Source: Macrostomum hystrix
Taxonomy: Eukaryota; Animalia; Platyhelminthes
Reading direction: 5' to 3'
NCBI GenBank assembly: GCA_950097015.1
Contig: CATNEN010000024.1
Coordinates: 3,162,001 to 3,226,000, forward strand
Length of the DNA stretch: 64,000 bases
Each line of letters opens with the position of its first letter. The stretch's first letter is position 1. Below the pieces are notes generated by a model. It saw only the letters and a program-made list of their open reading frames with translations, was not told where the DNA came from and ran no database searches. Made by a program: the position numbers and the translations under genes. This document shows, one piece after another, positions 1-11,909 of the stretch.

Positions 1-3000
1 TGTAAGAGATTCTATAATATTCAGTAAGTGATTTTGTAAGATTCTGTAAGAGATTCCGTAAGATTCTGTAAGAGATTCTGTACGATTCTGTAAGAGATTC
101 TGTAAGATTCTGTAAGATTCTGTAAGAGATTCTATAAGATTCTGTAAGTGATTCTGTAAGATTCTGTAAGAGATTCTGTAAGATTCTGTAAGAGATTCTG
201 TAAGATTCTGTAAGAGATTCTGTAAGATTCTGTAAGAGATTCTGTAAGATTCTGTAAGAGATTCTGTAAGATTCTGTAAGAGATTCTGTAAGATTCTGTA
301 AGAGATTCTGTAAGATTCTGTAAGAGATTCTGTAAGATTCTGTAAGAGATTCTATAATATTCTGTAAGAGATTCTGTAAGATTCTGTAAGAGATTCTGTA
401 AGATTCTGTAAGACATTCTATAAGATTCTGTAAGAGATTCTGTAAGATTCTGTAAGATTCTGTAAGAGATTCTGTAAGATTCTGTAAGATTCTGTAAGAT
501 TCTGTAAAAGATTCTGTAAGATTCTGTAAGAGATTCTATAAGATTCTGTAAGTGATTCTGTAAGATTCTGTAAGATATTCTGTAAGATTCTGTAAGATTC
601 TGTAAGAGATTCTGTAAGAGATTCTGTAAGATTCTGTAAGAGATTCTGTAAGATTCTGTAAGAGATTCTATAAGATTCTGTAAGTGATTCTGTAAGATTC
701 AGTAAGTGATTCTGTAAGATTCTGTAAGAGATTCTGTAAGATTCTGTAAGAGATTCTGTAAGATTCTGTAAGAGATTCTGAAAGATTCTGTAAGAGATTC
801 TGTAAAAGATTCTGTAAGATTCTGTAAGAGATTCTGTAAGATTCTGTAAGAGATTCTGTAAGATTCTGTAAGAGATTCTATAAGATTCTGTAAGTGATTC
901 TGTAAGATTCAGTAAGATATTCTGTAATATTCTGTAAGAGATTCTGTAAGATTCTGTAAGAGATTCTATAAAATTCAGTAAGTGATTCTGTAAGATTCTG
1001 TAAGAGATTCTGTAAGATTCTGTAAGAGATTCTGTAAGATTCTGTAAGAGATTCTGAAAGATTCTGTAAGAGATTCTGTAAAAGATTCTGTAAGATTCTG
1101 TAAGAGATTCTGTAAGATTCTGTAAGAGATTCTGTAAGATTCTGTAAGAGATTCTATAATATTCTGTAAGAGATTCTGTAAGATTCTGTAAGAGATTCTG
1201 TAAGATTCTGTAAGACATTCTATAAGATTCTGTAAGATTCTATAAGATTCTGTAAGAGATTCTAAAAGATTCTGTAAGAGATTCTGTAAGATTCTGTAAG
1301 AGATTCTGTAAGATTCTGTAAGAGATTCTGTAAGAGATTCTGTAAGATTCTGTAAGAGATTCTATAATATTCTGTAAGAGATTCTGTAAGATTCTGTAAA
1401 AGATTCTGTAAGATTCTGTAAGAGATTCTGTAAGATTCTGTAAGAGATTCTGTAAGATTCTGTAAGAGATTCTATAATATTCTGTAAGAGATTCTGTAAG
1501 ATTCTGTAAGAGATTCTGTAAGATTCTGTAAGAGATTCTGTAAGATTCTGTAAGAGATTCTGTAAGATTCTGTAAGAGATTCTATAATATTCAGTAAGTG
1601 ATTTTGTAAGATTCTGTAAGAGATTCCGTAAGATTCTGTAAGAGATTCTGTACGATTCTGTAAGAGATTCTGTAAGCTTCTTTAAGATTCTGTAAGAGAT
1701 TCTATAAGATTCTGTAAGTGATTCTGTAAGATTCTGTAAGAGATTCTGTAAGATTCTGTAAGAGATTCTGTAAGATTCTGTAAGAGATTCTGTAAGATTC
1801 TGTAAGAGATTCTATAAAATTCAGTAAGTGATTCTGTAAGATTTTGTAAGAGATTCTGTAAGATTCTGTAAGAGATTCTGTAATATTCTGTAAGAGATTC
1901 TGTAAGATTCTGTAAGATTCTGTAAGAGATTCTGTAAGATTCTGTAAGAGATTCTATAAGATTCTGTAAGTGATTCTGTAAGATTCTGTAAGATATTCTG
2001 TAAGATTCTGTAAGATTCTGTAAGAGATTCTGTAAGAGATTCTGTAAGGTTCTGTAAGAGATTCTGTAAGATTCTGTAAGAGATTCTATAAAATTCAGTA
2101 AGTGATTCTGTAAGATTTTGTAAGAGATTCTGTAAGATTCTGTAAGAGATTCTGTAATATTCTGTAAGAGATTCTGTAAGATTCTGTAAGATTCTGTAAG
2201 AGATTCTGTAAGATTCTGTAAGAGATTCTATAAGATTCTGTAAGTGATTCTGTAAGATTCTGTAAGATATTCTGTAAGATTCTGTAAGATTCTGTAAGAG
2301 ATTCTGTAAGAGATTCTGTAAGGTTCTGTAAGAGATTCTGTAAGATTCTGTAAGAGATTCTATAAAATTCTGTAAGTGATTCTGTAAGATTCAGTAAGAT
2401 TTTCTGTAATATTCTGTAAGAGATTCTGTAAGATTCTGTAAGAGATTCTATAAAATTCAGTAAGTGATTCTGTAAGATTCTGTAAGAGATTCTGTAAGAT
2501 TCTGTAAGAGATTCTGTAAGATTCTGTAAGAGATTCTGAAAGATTCTGTAAGAGATTCTGTAAAAGATTCTGTAAGATTCTGTAAGAGATTATGTAAGAT
2601 TCTGTAAGAGATTCTGTAAGATTCTGTAAGAGATTCTATAATATTCTGTAAGAGATTCTGTAAGATTCTGTAAGAGATTCTGTAAGATTCTGTAATACAT
2701 TCTATAAGATTCTGTAAGATTCTATAAGATTCTGTAAGAGATTCTATAAGATTCTGTAAGAGATTCTGTAAGATTCTGTAAGAGATTCTATAATATTCAG
2801 TAAGTGATTTTGTAAGATTCTATAAGATTCTGTAAGAGATTCTATAAGATTCTGTAAGAGATTCTGTAAGATTCTGTAAGAGATTCTATAATATTCAGTA
2901 AGTGATTTTGTAAGATTCTGTAAGAGATTCCGTAAGATTCTTTAAGAGATTCTGTACGATTCTGTAAGAGATTCTGTAAGATTCTGTAAGATTCTGTAAG

Positions 3001-6000
3001 AGATTCTATAAGATTCTGTAAGTGATTCTGTAAGATTCTGTAAGAGATTCTGTAAGATTCTGTAAGAGATTCTGTAAGATTCTGTAAGAGATTCTGTAAG
3101 ATTCTGTAAGAGATTCTATAAAATTCAGTAAGTGATTCTGTAAGATTCTGTAAGAGATTCTGTAAGATTCTGTAAGAGATTCTGTAAGATTCTGTAAGAG
3201 ATTCTATAAGATTCTGTAAGAGATTCTATAAAATTCAGTAAGTGATTCTGTAAGATTCTGTAAGAGATTCTGTAAGATTCTGTAAGATTCTGTAAGAGAT
3301 TCTGTAAGATTCTGTAAGATTCTGTAAGAGATTCTGTAAGATTCTGTAAGATTCTGTAAGAGATTCTGTAAGATTCTGTAAGAGATTCTATAAGATTCTG
3401 TAAGTGATTCTGTAAGATTCTGTAAGATATTCTGTAAGATTCTGTAAGATTCTGTAAGAGATTCTGTAAGAGATTCTGTAAGATTCTGTAAGAGATTCTG
3501 TAAGATTCTGTAAGAGATTCTATAAGATTCTGTAAGTGATTCTGTAAGATTCAGTAAGATATTCTGTAATATTCTGTAAGAGATTCTGTAAGATTCTGTA
3601 AGAGATTCTATAAAATTCAGTAAGTGATTCTGTAAGATTCTGTAAGAGATTCTGTAAGAGATTCTGTAAGAGATTCTGTAAGATTCTGTAAGAGATTCTG
3701 AAAGATTCTGTAAGAGATTCTGTAAGATTCTGTAAGAGATTCTGTAAGAGATTCTGTAAGATTCTGTAAGAGATTCTGTAAGATTCTGTAAGAGATTCTG
3801 TAAGATTCTGTAAGAGATTCTATAATATTCTGTAAGAGATTCTGTAAGATTCTGTAAGAGATTCTGTAAGATTCTGTAAGAGATTCTGTAAGATTCTGTA
3901 AGAGATTCTGTAAGATTCTGTAAGAGATTCTATAATATTCAGTAAGTGATTTTGTAAGATTCTGTAAGAGATTCCGTAAGATTCTGTAAGAGATTCTGTA
4001 CGATTCTGTAAGAGATTCTGTAAGATTCTGTAAGATTCTGTAAGAGATTCTGTAAGATTCTGTAAGAGATTCTATCAAATTCAGTAAGTGATTCTGTAAG
4101 ATTCTGTAAGAGATTCTGTAAGATTCTGTAAGAGATTCTGTAATATTCCGTAAGAGATTCTGTAAGATTCTGTAAGATTCTGTAAGAGATTCTGTAAGAT
4201 TCTGTAAGAGATTCTATAAGATTCTGTAAGTGATTCTGTAAGATTCTGTAAGATATTCTGTAAGATTCTGTAAGATTCTGTAAGAGATTCTGTAAGAGAT
4301 TCTTTAAGATTCTCTAAGAGATTCTGTAAGATTCTGTAAGAGATTCTATAAGATTCTGTAAGTGATTCTGTAAGATTCAGTAAGATATTCTGTAATATTC
4401 TATAAGAGATTCTGTAAGATTCTGTAAGAGATTCTATAAAATTCAGTAAGTGATTCTGTAAGATTCTGTAAGAGATTCTGTAAGATTCTGTAAGAGATTC
4501 TGTAAGATTCTGTAAGAGATTCTGAAAGATTCTGTAAGAGATTCTGTAAAAGATTCTGTAAGATTCTGTAAGAGATTCTGTAAGATTCTGTAAGAGATTC
4601 TGTAAGATTCTGTAAGAGATTCTATAATATTCTGTAAGAGATTCTGTAAGATTCTGTAAGAGATTCTGTAAGATTCTGTAAGACATTCTATAAGATTCTG
4701 TAAGATTCTATAAGATTCTGTAAGAGATTCTATAAGATTCTGTAAGAGATTCTGTAAGAGATTCTGTAAGATTCTGTAAGAGATTCTATAATATTCTGTA
4801 AGAGATTCTGTAAGATTCTGTAAAAGATTCTGTAAGATTCTGTAAGAGATTCTGTAAGATTCTGTAAGAGATTCTGTAAGATTCTGTAAGAGATTCTATA
4901 ATATTCTGTAAGAGATTCTGTAAGATTCTGTAAGAGATTCTGTAAGATTCTTTAAGAGATTCTGTAAGATTCTGTAAGAGATTCTGTAAGATTCTGTAAG
5001 AGATTCTATAATATTCAGTAAGTGATTTTGTAAGATTCTGTAAAAGATTCCGTAAGATTCTGTAAGAGATTCTGTACGATTCTGTAAGAGATTCTGTAAG
5101 ATTCTGTAAGATTCTGTAAGAGATTCTATAAGATTCTGTAAGTGATTCTGTAAGATTCTGTAAGAGATTCTGTAAGATTCTGTAAGAGATTCTGTAAGAT
5201 TCTGTTAGAGATTCTATAAGATTCTGTAAGAGATTCTATAAAATTCAGTAAGTGATTCTGTAAGATTCTGTAAGAGATTCTGTAAGATTCTGTAAGAGAT
5301 TCTGTAATATTCTGTAAGAGATTCTGTAAGATTCTGTAAGATTCTGTAAGAGATTCTGTAAGATTCTGTAAGATTCTGTAAGAGATTCTGTAAGATTCTG
5401 TAAGAGATTCTATAAGATTCTGTAAGTGATTCTGTAAGATTCTGTAAGATATTCTGTAAGATTCTGTAAGATTCTGTAAGAGATTCTGTAAGGGATTCTG
5501 TAAGATTCTGTAAGAGATTCTGTAAGATTCTGTAAGAGATTCTATAATATTCTGTAAGTGATTCTGTAAGATTCAGTAAGATATTCTGTAAGATTCTGTA
5601 AGAGATTCTGTAAGATTCTGTAAGAGATTCTGTAAGATTCTGTAAGAGATTCTATAATATTCTGTAAGAGATTCTGTAAGATTCTGTAAGAGATTCTGTA
5701 AGATTCTGTAAGAGATTCTATAATATTCTGTAAGAGATTCTGTAAGATTCTGTAAGAGATTCTGTAAGATTCTGTAAGAGATTCTGTAAAAGATTCTGTA
5801 AGATTCTGTAAGAGATTCTGTAAGATTCTGTAAGAGATTCTGTAAGATTCTGTAAGAGATTCTATAATATTCTGTAAGAGATTCTGTAAGATTCTGTAAG
5901 AGATTCTGTAAGATTCTGTAAGACATTCTATAAGATTCTGTAAGATTCTATAAGATTCTGTAAGAGATTCTATAAGATTCTGTAAGAGATTCTGTAAGAT

Positions 6001-6470
6001 TCTGTAAGAGATTCTGTAAGATTCTGTAAGAGATTCTGTAAGAGATTCTGTAAGATTCTGTAAGAGATTCTATAATATTCTGTAAGAGATTCTCTAAGAT
6101 TCTGTAAAAGATTCTGTAAGATTCTGTAAGAGATTCTGTAAGATTCTGTAAGAGATTCTGTAAGATTCTGTAAGAGATTCTATAATATTCTGTAAGATAT
6201 TCTGTAAGATTCTGTAAGAGATTCTGTAAGATTCTGTAAGACATTCTATAAGATTCTGTAAGATTCTATAAGATTCTGTAAGAGATTCTATAAGATTCTG
6301 TAAGAGATTCTGTAAGATTCTGTAAGAGATTCTGTAAGATTCTGTAAGACATTCTATAAGATTCTGTAAGAGATTCTGTAAGATTCTGTAAGACATTCTA
6401 TAAGATTCTGTAAGATTCTGTAAGTCATTCTATAAGATTCTGTAAGAGATTCTGCAAGATTCTATGCAGG
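1..6470. repeat. Satellite array of mixed 10/12-bp units (AAGATTCTGT / AAGAGATTCTGT) with higher-order structure; open at the window start
   Basis: Continuous tandem array read directly; recurring variant blocks such as TTCAGTAAGTG, ATTCCGTAAG and CTGTACGATT. Confidence 0.98.
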
Positions 6471-7620
6471 ATTATGTGCGTAATTTAGTAATTAAATCTG
6501 TCAGTAATTCAGAAAGCGATTCATTAAGTAATACAAAAAGATTCAGTAAATGTTTTACTAAGCGGTTTATTATGTATATCAGTAGGTATTTCAGTAAGCG
6601 GTTTGGAAAGTATTTCAGTAGGTAATTAAGTAAGCGGTTCAGTAAGTATTTTAGTAGGTAATTAGGCAAGCGGTTAAGTAGGTAGTACGTCTTTCAGTAG
6701 GTAGTTAAGTAAGCGGTTCACTACGTAGTGGGTATTTCACTACGTAGTTCAGTAAGTTTTTTAGTAAATAACCTAGAAAGTGATTTAGTTAGTAATTCAG
6801 TAACTTTTTTAGTAAGTAATTCAGTAACTTTTTTAGTAAGTAATTCAGTAACTTTTTTAGTAAGTAATTCAGTAACTTTTTTAGTAAGTAATTCAGTAAC
6901 TTTTTTAGTAAGTAATTCAGTAACTTTTTTAGTAAGTAATTCAGTAACTTTTTTAGTAAGTAATTCAGTAACTTTTTTAGTAAGTAATTCAGTAACTTTT
7001 TTAGTAAGTAATTCAGTAACTTTTTTAGTAAGTAATTCAGTAACTTTTTTAGTAAGTAATTCAGTAACTTTTTTAGTAAGAAATTCAGTAACTTTTTTAG
7101 TAAGTAAATCAGTAACTTTTTAGTAAGAATTCAGTAATTTTTTAGTAAGTAATTTAGAAAGCGGTTCAGTAAGTATTTCAGTAGGTACTTAAGAAAGTTT
7201 TTAAGTAAGCAATTCAGTAAGTGGTTTTAGAAGATCAATCACAGAGTAATTCAATAAGTACTCGTAATATCGCAAGTAAGCAGTTCAGTAAGAAATTTAG
7301 TAACTAATTCAGTAAGTTTTTATTAAGTAATTAAGAAACTTTCAGTAAGTAAATTAGTAGGTAATTTAGTATGCTGTTCAGTAATTTATTCACAAAGTAA
7401 TTTATTAAGTATTTCAGTAGTTAGTTTAGTAAGTCTTTTAGTAAGTAATTCAGTAAGCGGTTCAGTTAGTATTTTAGAAGTTAATTGAGTATGTGGTTCA
7501 GTAAATAAATTAGTTTGTAATTCGGTAGGTAATTTAGTATGTTTTTAAGTTAGAGGTCAGTAATTAATTTCATAAGTAATAAACACGTAAGCGGTTCAGT
7601 TAGTAACACGTAAGCGTAAC
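6471..7620. repeat. Degenerate AT-rich repeat region with a TTCAGTAAG core, including a ~14-copy 24-bp tandem (AGTAATTCAGTAACTTTTTTAGTA) at ~6790-7140
   Basis: Direct reading; the 24-bp unit produces the SNSVTFLV pseudo-ORF. Confidence 0.9.
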
Positions 7621-7689
7621 TCTACGCTAGAGAGTTGCTAAGGGATCTCAGGCAGCAGTATTTTTTAACTCGCAGATTCTCAAGAACAA

Positions 7690-10676
7690 ATGCGGCGCAC
7701 TGCGAACAGAGCGGATGTCGGCGGGAGCCACCGACGTCTCGGCCACCTACTGAGAGCCCACCTGGCCAACTGCAGCCTACCCGCGCTGCGCCGAATCGCC
7801 GACTCGAGTCGAAGCCCGACTAGACGCGCCCTGTGGCTTCTGCTGCTGGCCGCTACTTCCGCCTGCCTGGCCTTCACCGTGGCGCCGCTGGCCGTCCGTT
7901 TCAGGGCAGGCGATCTGGCCGAGCGGCGCCATCACGACTGCGTCGATTTCGAATTTCCAGACGTCTACCTGTGCCCGGACTATCCGTATTCTGGCAGCAT
8001 ACCCTACACTCTGAGCAAATCGGAGGCCGCATTGTTGAATGCTGAAATCGATCGGGCCGGCGCCATCATCGACGCCTGGGAGGCGGCGGCGGCGGCCTCG
8101 GGGCAGTTGGACGCGTCGATGTGGGAGGCGCACGCCCTGGCTGCTCGAGTTGAGCTGACCCGGGCAACAGTCCGCCTTGACCTGCTCAACCGCTACCTGC
8201 TGCAGTCGCCGGCGCAGTCTGTGCCGCTCAGCTGGCTCTCAGTCGGCGACGGCGATGACGATGACGACGACGGCGACGAGGGTGCAGGCGCAGGAGCGAA
8301 GGTACCGCTTCGGGTGGAGCCGTTCAGCGCTACCCTGTCGCGTAAGGTCTGCTTCCAGCCGGACATTAGCGGACCGGCTAGCGGCCTGACGAGGCAGCGA
8401 CTGCCGGGAATGCGACTCCGACTGGTGCTTCTAACCGATCCGTACTTCGCCGACTTCAAATACTCCGGCACGCCGATTAAGTACATCAGTAGGCCGGGAG
8501 TTGCTCAGGTGTGGAAAAAACAAGTTCGTTTAGCACTAAAAAACGAAACCAAATCTAGAGTTTATCTAATCTGATTAAAGGGTCAGCAGTGGCGGCATTT
8601 ACGGATGCTGAATGCAGCCTGTAGAGAAAAACTATAATTTGCAGGCGTGTACCCACTGACAATCGACCAACAGCAAGAGAGGAAGCAGCGAAGAGGCAAT
8701 TCTGCCTATTCCACTGGGCACACACGTGCAGACAAATAAGTATGCAGGTACATATACCCACGTCAAGTAGTGTACACTCTAGTGCGCCTCGGAGGTTGGC
8801 CTTCAGGGGCATGAATTGTGCGACAAGCTTCCAAGCTTTCTCTTCGCGGCTGCGCCTTAAATAAGTATGGCCTCGCCGCGGAATCGAGCTCAGGGACCTT
8901 GGTGCGAGAGCCACTTTGCTACTCACCTCCGTAGGCTGTGTTACTGGCGCATCCATCTGCCGCACAAATAGACGTTTACGTTAATAATCCGTTTCTGTGT
9001 TATTATTATTATTAGGCTGTGTACAGACTTAATTGAGCTAGAAAACCTTCACGTAACCGAACCAACGCGCGCACACCAAGTCCGCCAGCCGGCCGTTAGA
9101 GGAACGTGAGCGACAGTTCCTGCGCTCCAACGCCTTCACCCTGCTGCTGGTGCCTCCGGGCGCCTATCCGTCCGTTGAGCACGAGGCCACGCTGCGCCTG
9201 TCACCGGGCAACCATTATCGCGTCGCCGTACGGATGGAACGACTCCGGATGACGCAGCCGAACTGCCGCGCTAGGAGCGACAGACGAGTTCCGGGGGACA
9301 CGCCGGACGACACTTACAAGGACCCCGTTACTGGCGCCAGACGGAGCTACCGGCCAAGTCTGGCAGCCTGCCTGGACCAGCGCGCCGCTGACAGGGCCGC
9401 CCGCCGGCGCCGCTGCCAGGCGCCGAATCTGCCGCTCCTCTGGCGCCACCGTCGGCTGCCCCGGTGCGGCAACCTGACCGAGATGCCGCCAGGCGAGGCG
9501 TACGCCGATTTTATACGACGCCGCGCCGGGCGAACTAATCTGAGCCTCGCCGCTGAATTGCTGGTCGAACGCGGCGAAGCACTGGCGGCCTGCCAGCTGG
9601 AGCAGCTGTGCGACTCAGTGCGATACAGGGCGCAGTACTCCTTTGGTCGCTGGCCCAGCGTGGCCACCTCTGCTGTGGCCTACTTCGCCGATTGGCGACG
9701 TAAGAGAGGCGGCAGCGTCGGCGGAAACTTCAGCGAAAAAGAGGCCACCCCAGCTCTGGATCAGCTGCAGGCGTTGGCTAGACGCATCGATTCCGGTAAG
9801 AGGATGTACTCTTGGGATGCCAGTTCACTTTAACACAAAGACAATAATTGAAACTCGATACTAATCATCATCTGACTGAAGAAATCTTAAAACTTTATCA
9901 CTTAAATTCGGTAACGGGCAAAGATTGTGGTTATGACGCGTAGTTTGAATACAGTTGACCCGCAGCCAGCGAGTTTTGGGGACCCGCAACCCGCAGACCT
10001 CAAATTAATGTGACCTCGGCGAGAATTCACGCTCATTCGAGTTGATATTAGCGTAGCGTGTTTCCAGGAAGTCCTTACCAAGACGCCTGCCTCACGGCAG
10101 TCTTCTATCGTCGAATTATGAACTTTAATACGTACGTAAGTTCCAGACGACTGCATGAATTGTAAGAACCTTCGAAGACAGTGTGAGCAAGTTTCTGAGC
10201 AAGGTCAGGAGTTCGAATCTTTACTTGAATAGCCGAAACAGCTGAAATATAAACATATCAACAGCACCACTGCAAGCAATAGATTGCGAATCGAAATCCC
10301 AATTCCCAATCCGCCAGTGTATCATTCGGCGCACGACGAGGCCGTATTCCGAGCCTACACAAGAGACAGCTTGATCATGCTGGAGATCAGTGCGGCCAGC
10401 ACAGGGTCCGGCCAAATCACTATCGGCCCGGACTATCCCGTGACGTCATTCCTGGCTGATCTGGGCGGCCTACTCGGCCTGTGGCTCGGCTGCAGCCTGT
10501 TGGCCATATTTGAAGTGGCCGATTTTCTACTGGCTTTGAGAACAGTTGGACGCGCCGAGGCTCAAACCAACGGAGCAGCGACAATAGCCGGCGTGAATTC
10601 CGACGCAATAATTGGCCTTGGAGGAGCTGGCCTAGGATTGGACAGGCGGTGGGCCAGAATGAGTGTCGGAAAGTGA
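7690..10676 (+). CDS. DEG/ENaC (amiloride-sensitive channel family) subunit; exons 7690-8508, ~9081-9795, 10318-10676 (~630 aa)
   Basis: TM1 (ALWLLLLAATSACLAFTV), FPDVYLC post-TM1 motif, C...Y...S...WPS motif, TM2 FLADLGGLLGLWLGCSLLAIFE; phase-consistent GT-AG introns; exon 2 acceptor uncertain (9081 or 9117). Confidence 0.88.
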
Positions 10677-10827
10677 CTCTGAAGAAGGAAATGGCAGAAA
10701 AAGCTGCTTGGTTGGTCCAGGGTGGGCAAATTCGTATGCCTCTCGAACTCGTACACCGAAAAGTTTACGAAAAGTCAAGACAGGGAAGCAGGCCAAATTT
10801 AAGGAGGAGATATAAAATAGTCCATTG

Positions 10828-10995
10828 GGAGATGAGACAGTGGAGGGATGAGACACGAGTGAGATGAGACAGGGGACAGATGAGACACGGAAGAGAAGAG
10901 AAAGGGGAGAGATGAGACAGGAGAGAGACGAGACGGGAGAGATGAGACAGGCGACAGGCGAGAACAGGTGAGATGAAGCAGGGAGAGATAAGAGA
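10828..10995. repeat. GA-rich low-complexity repeat (GAGATGAGACAG-like units)
   Basis: Direct reading. Confidence 0.85.
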
Positions 10996-11625
10996 GGGTG
11001 AGGTCTAAAGTATTGTCATCATGAGCAGGGTTGATTGTATCATTTAATAGCTGCAAGAGCCTTACATTCAGTTAGGTACAAATGAAATTTTTTTTCATCA
11101 ACAAATAAAGCTTGAATTTTTTATATTCGTATGAAATTTATTTACAAACAAATAAAATCATAGGATGCAATGGTTTGACAAGCTTGCTAAATGAAAGTTT
11201 CCATAACTACTGGTTTAAGCAGGCACTGAAGCTATAGATACTGTTTTATACATCAAATATACCGGAATATTCGTTTGATCTCATTGCAAATTTGAAAATA
11301 TTTACCAATTTGATTTGAATGAAAAGTGGCATGACAGCAAGTGTTTTGTTTCTAAAACTCTTACAATGATAATACTGTTATTCGCTTTGAAAAAACTCTT
11401 TCAATGTTCCAGCCCTGGAATCGTACCACGAGGATAAGATGGTAATTGGCATTAATAATCATCAACTATTGATTTCGTACTAAATAAGAACTTGCACATC
11501 TGTGGATAATGGAACGCAATGAGATGCAGAAATATATAGTAGTGCTGTGAAATTGTTGACATCACAAAGCCGTCTTCTATTCACCATACTCTAAATCATT
11601 AATTCATTTATGATTTTAATTATTA

Positions 11626-11838
11626 CACCCAATCTCACAGATCATTACACCAATCCCACAGACCATTACACCAATCCCACAGATCATTACACCAATCCCA
11701 CAGACCATTACACAAATCCCACAGACCATTACACAAATCCCACAGATCATTACACAAATCCCACAGATCATTACACAAATCCCACAGACCATTACACAAA
11801 TCCCACAGATCATTACACAAATCCCACAGACCATTACA
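11626..11838. repeat. 21-bp minisatellite (ATCCCACAGACCATTACACAA), ~10 copies, downstream of the RUFY stop
   Basis: Direct reading. Confidence 0.95.
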
Positions 11839-11909
11839 ATTCCAAGGTAAGTTATAAACCTCGCAGACTTGTCGGTGTCACAGAAGCCTCAGATGGCCAA
11901 GCTGATGGC

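Noticed and set aside
132-6396. Long SYRILQNL ORFs
   Set aside because: Translation of satellite DNA on the strand lacking stops; no coding signature
8585-8965. Imperfect inverted repeat in ENaC intron 1
   Set aside because: Too degenerate and no TSD; cannot be supported as a MITE
10147-10283. Apparent extra ENaC exon with in-frame TAG at 10230 (premature stop or readthrough)
   Set aside because: A better phase-1 acceptor (TCCCAATCCGCCAG, ending 10317) joins exon 2 to the last exon without any stop
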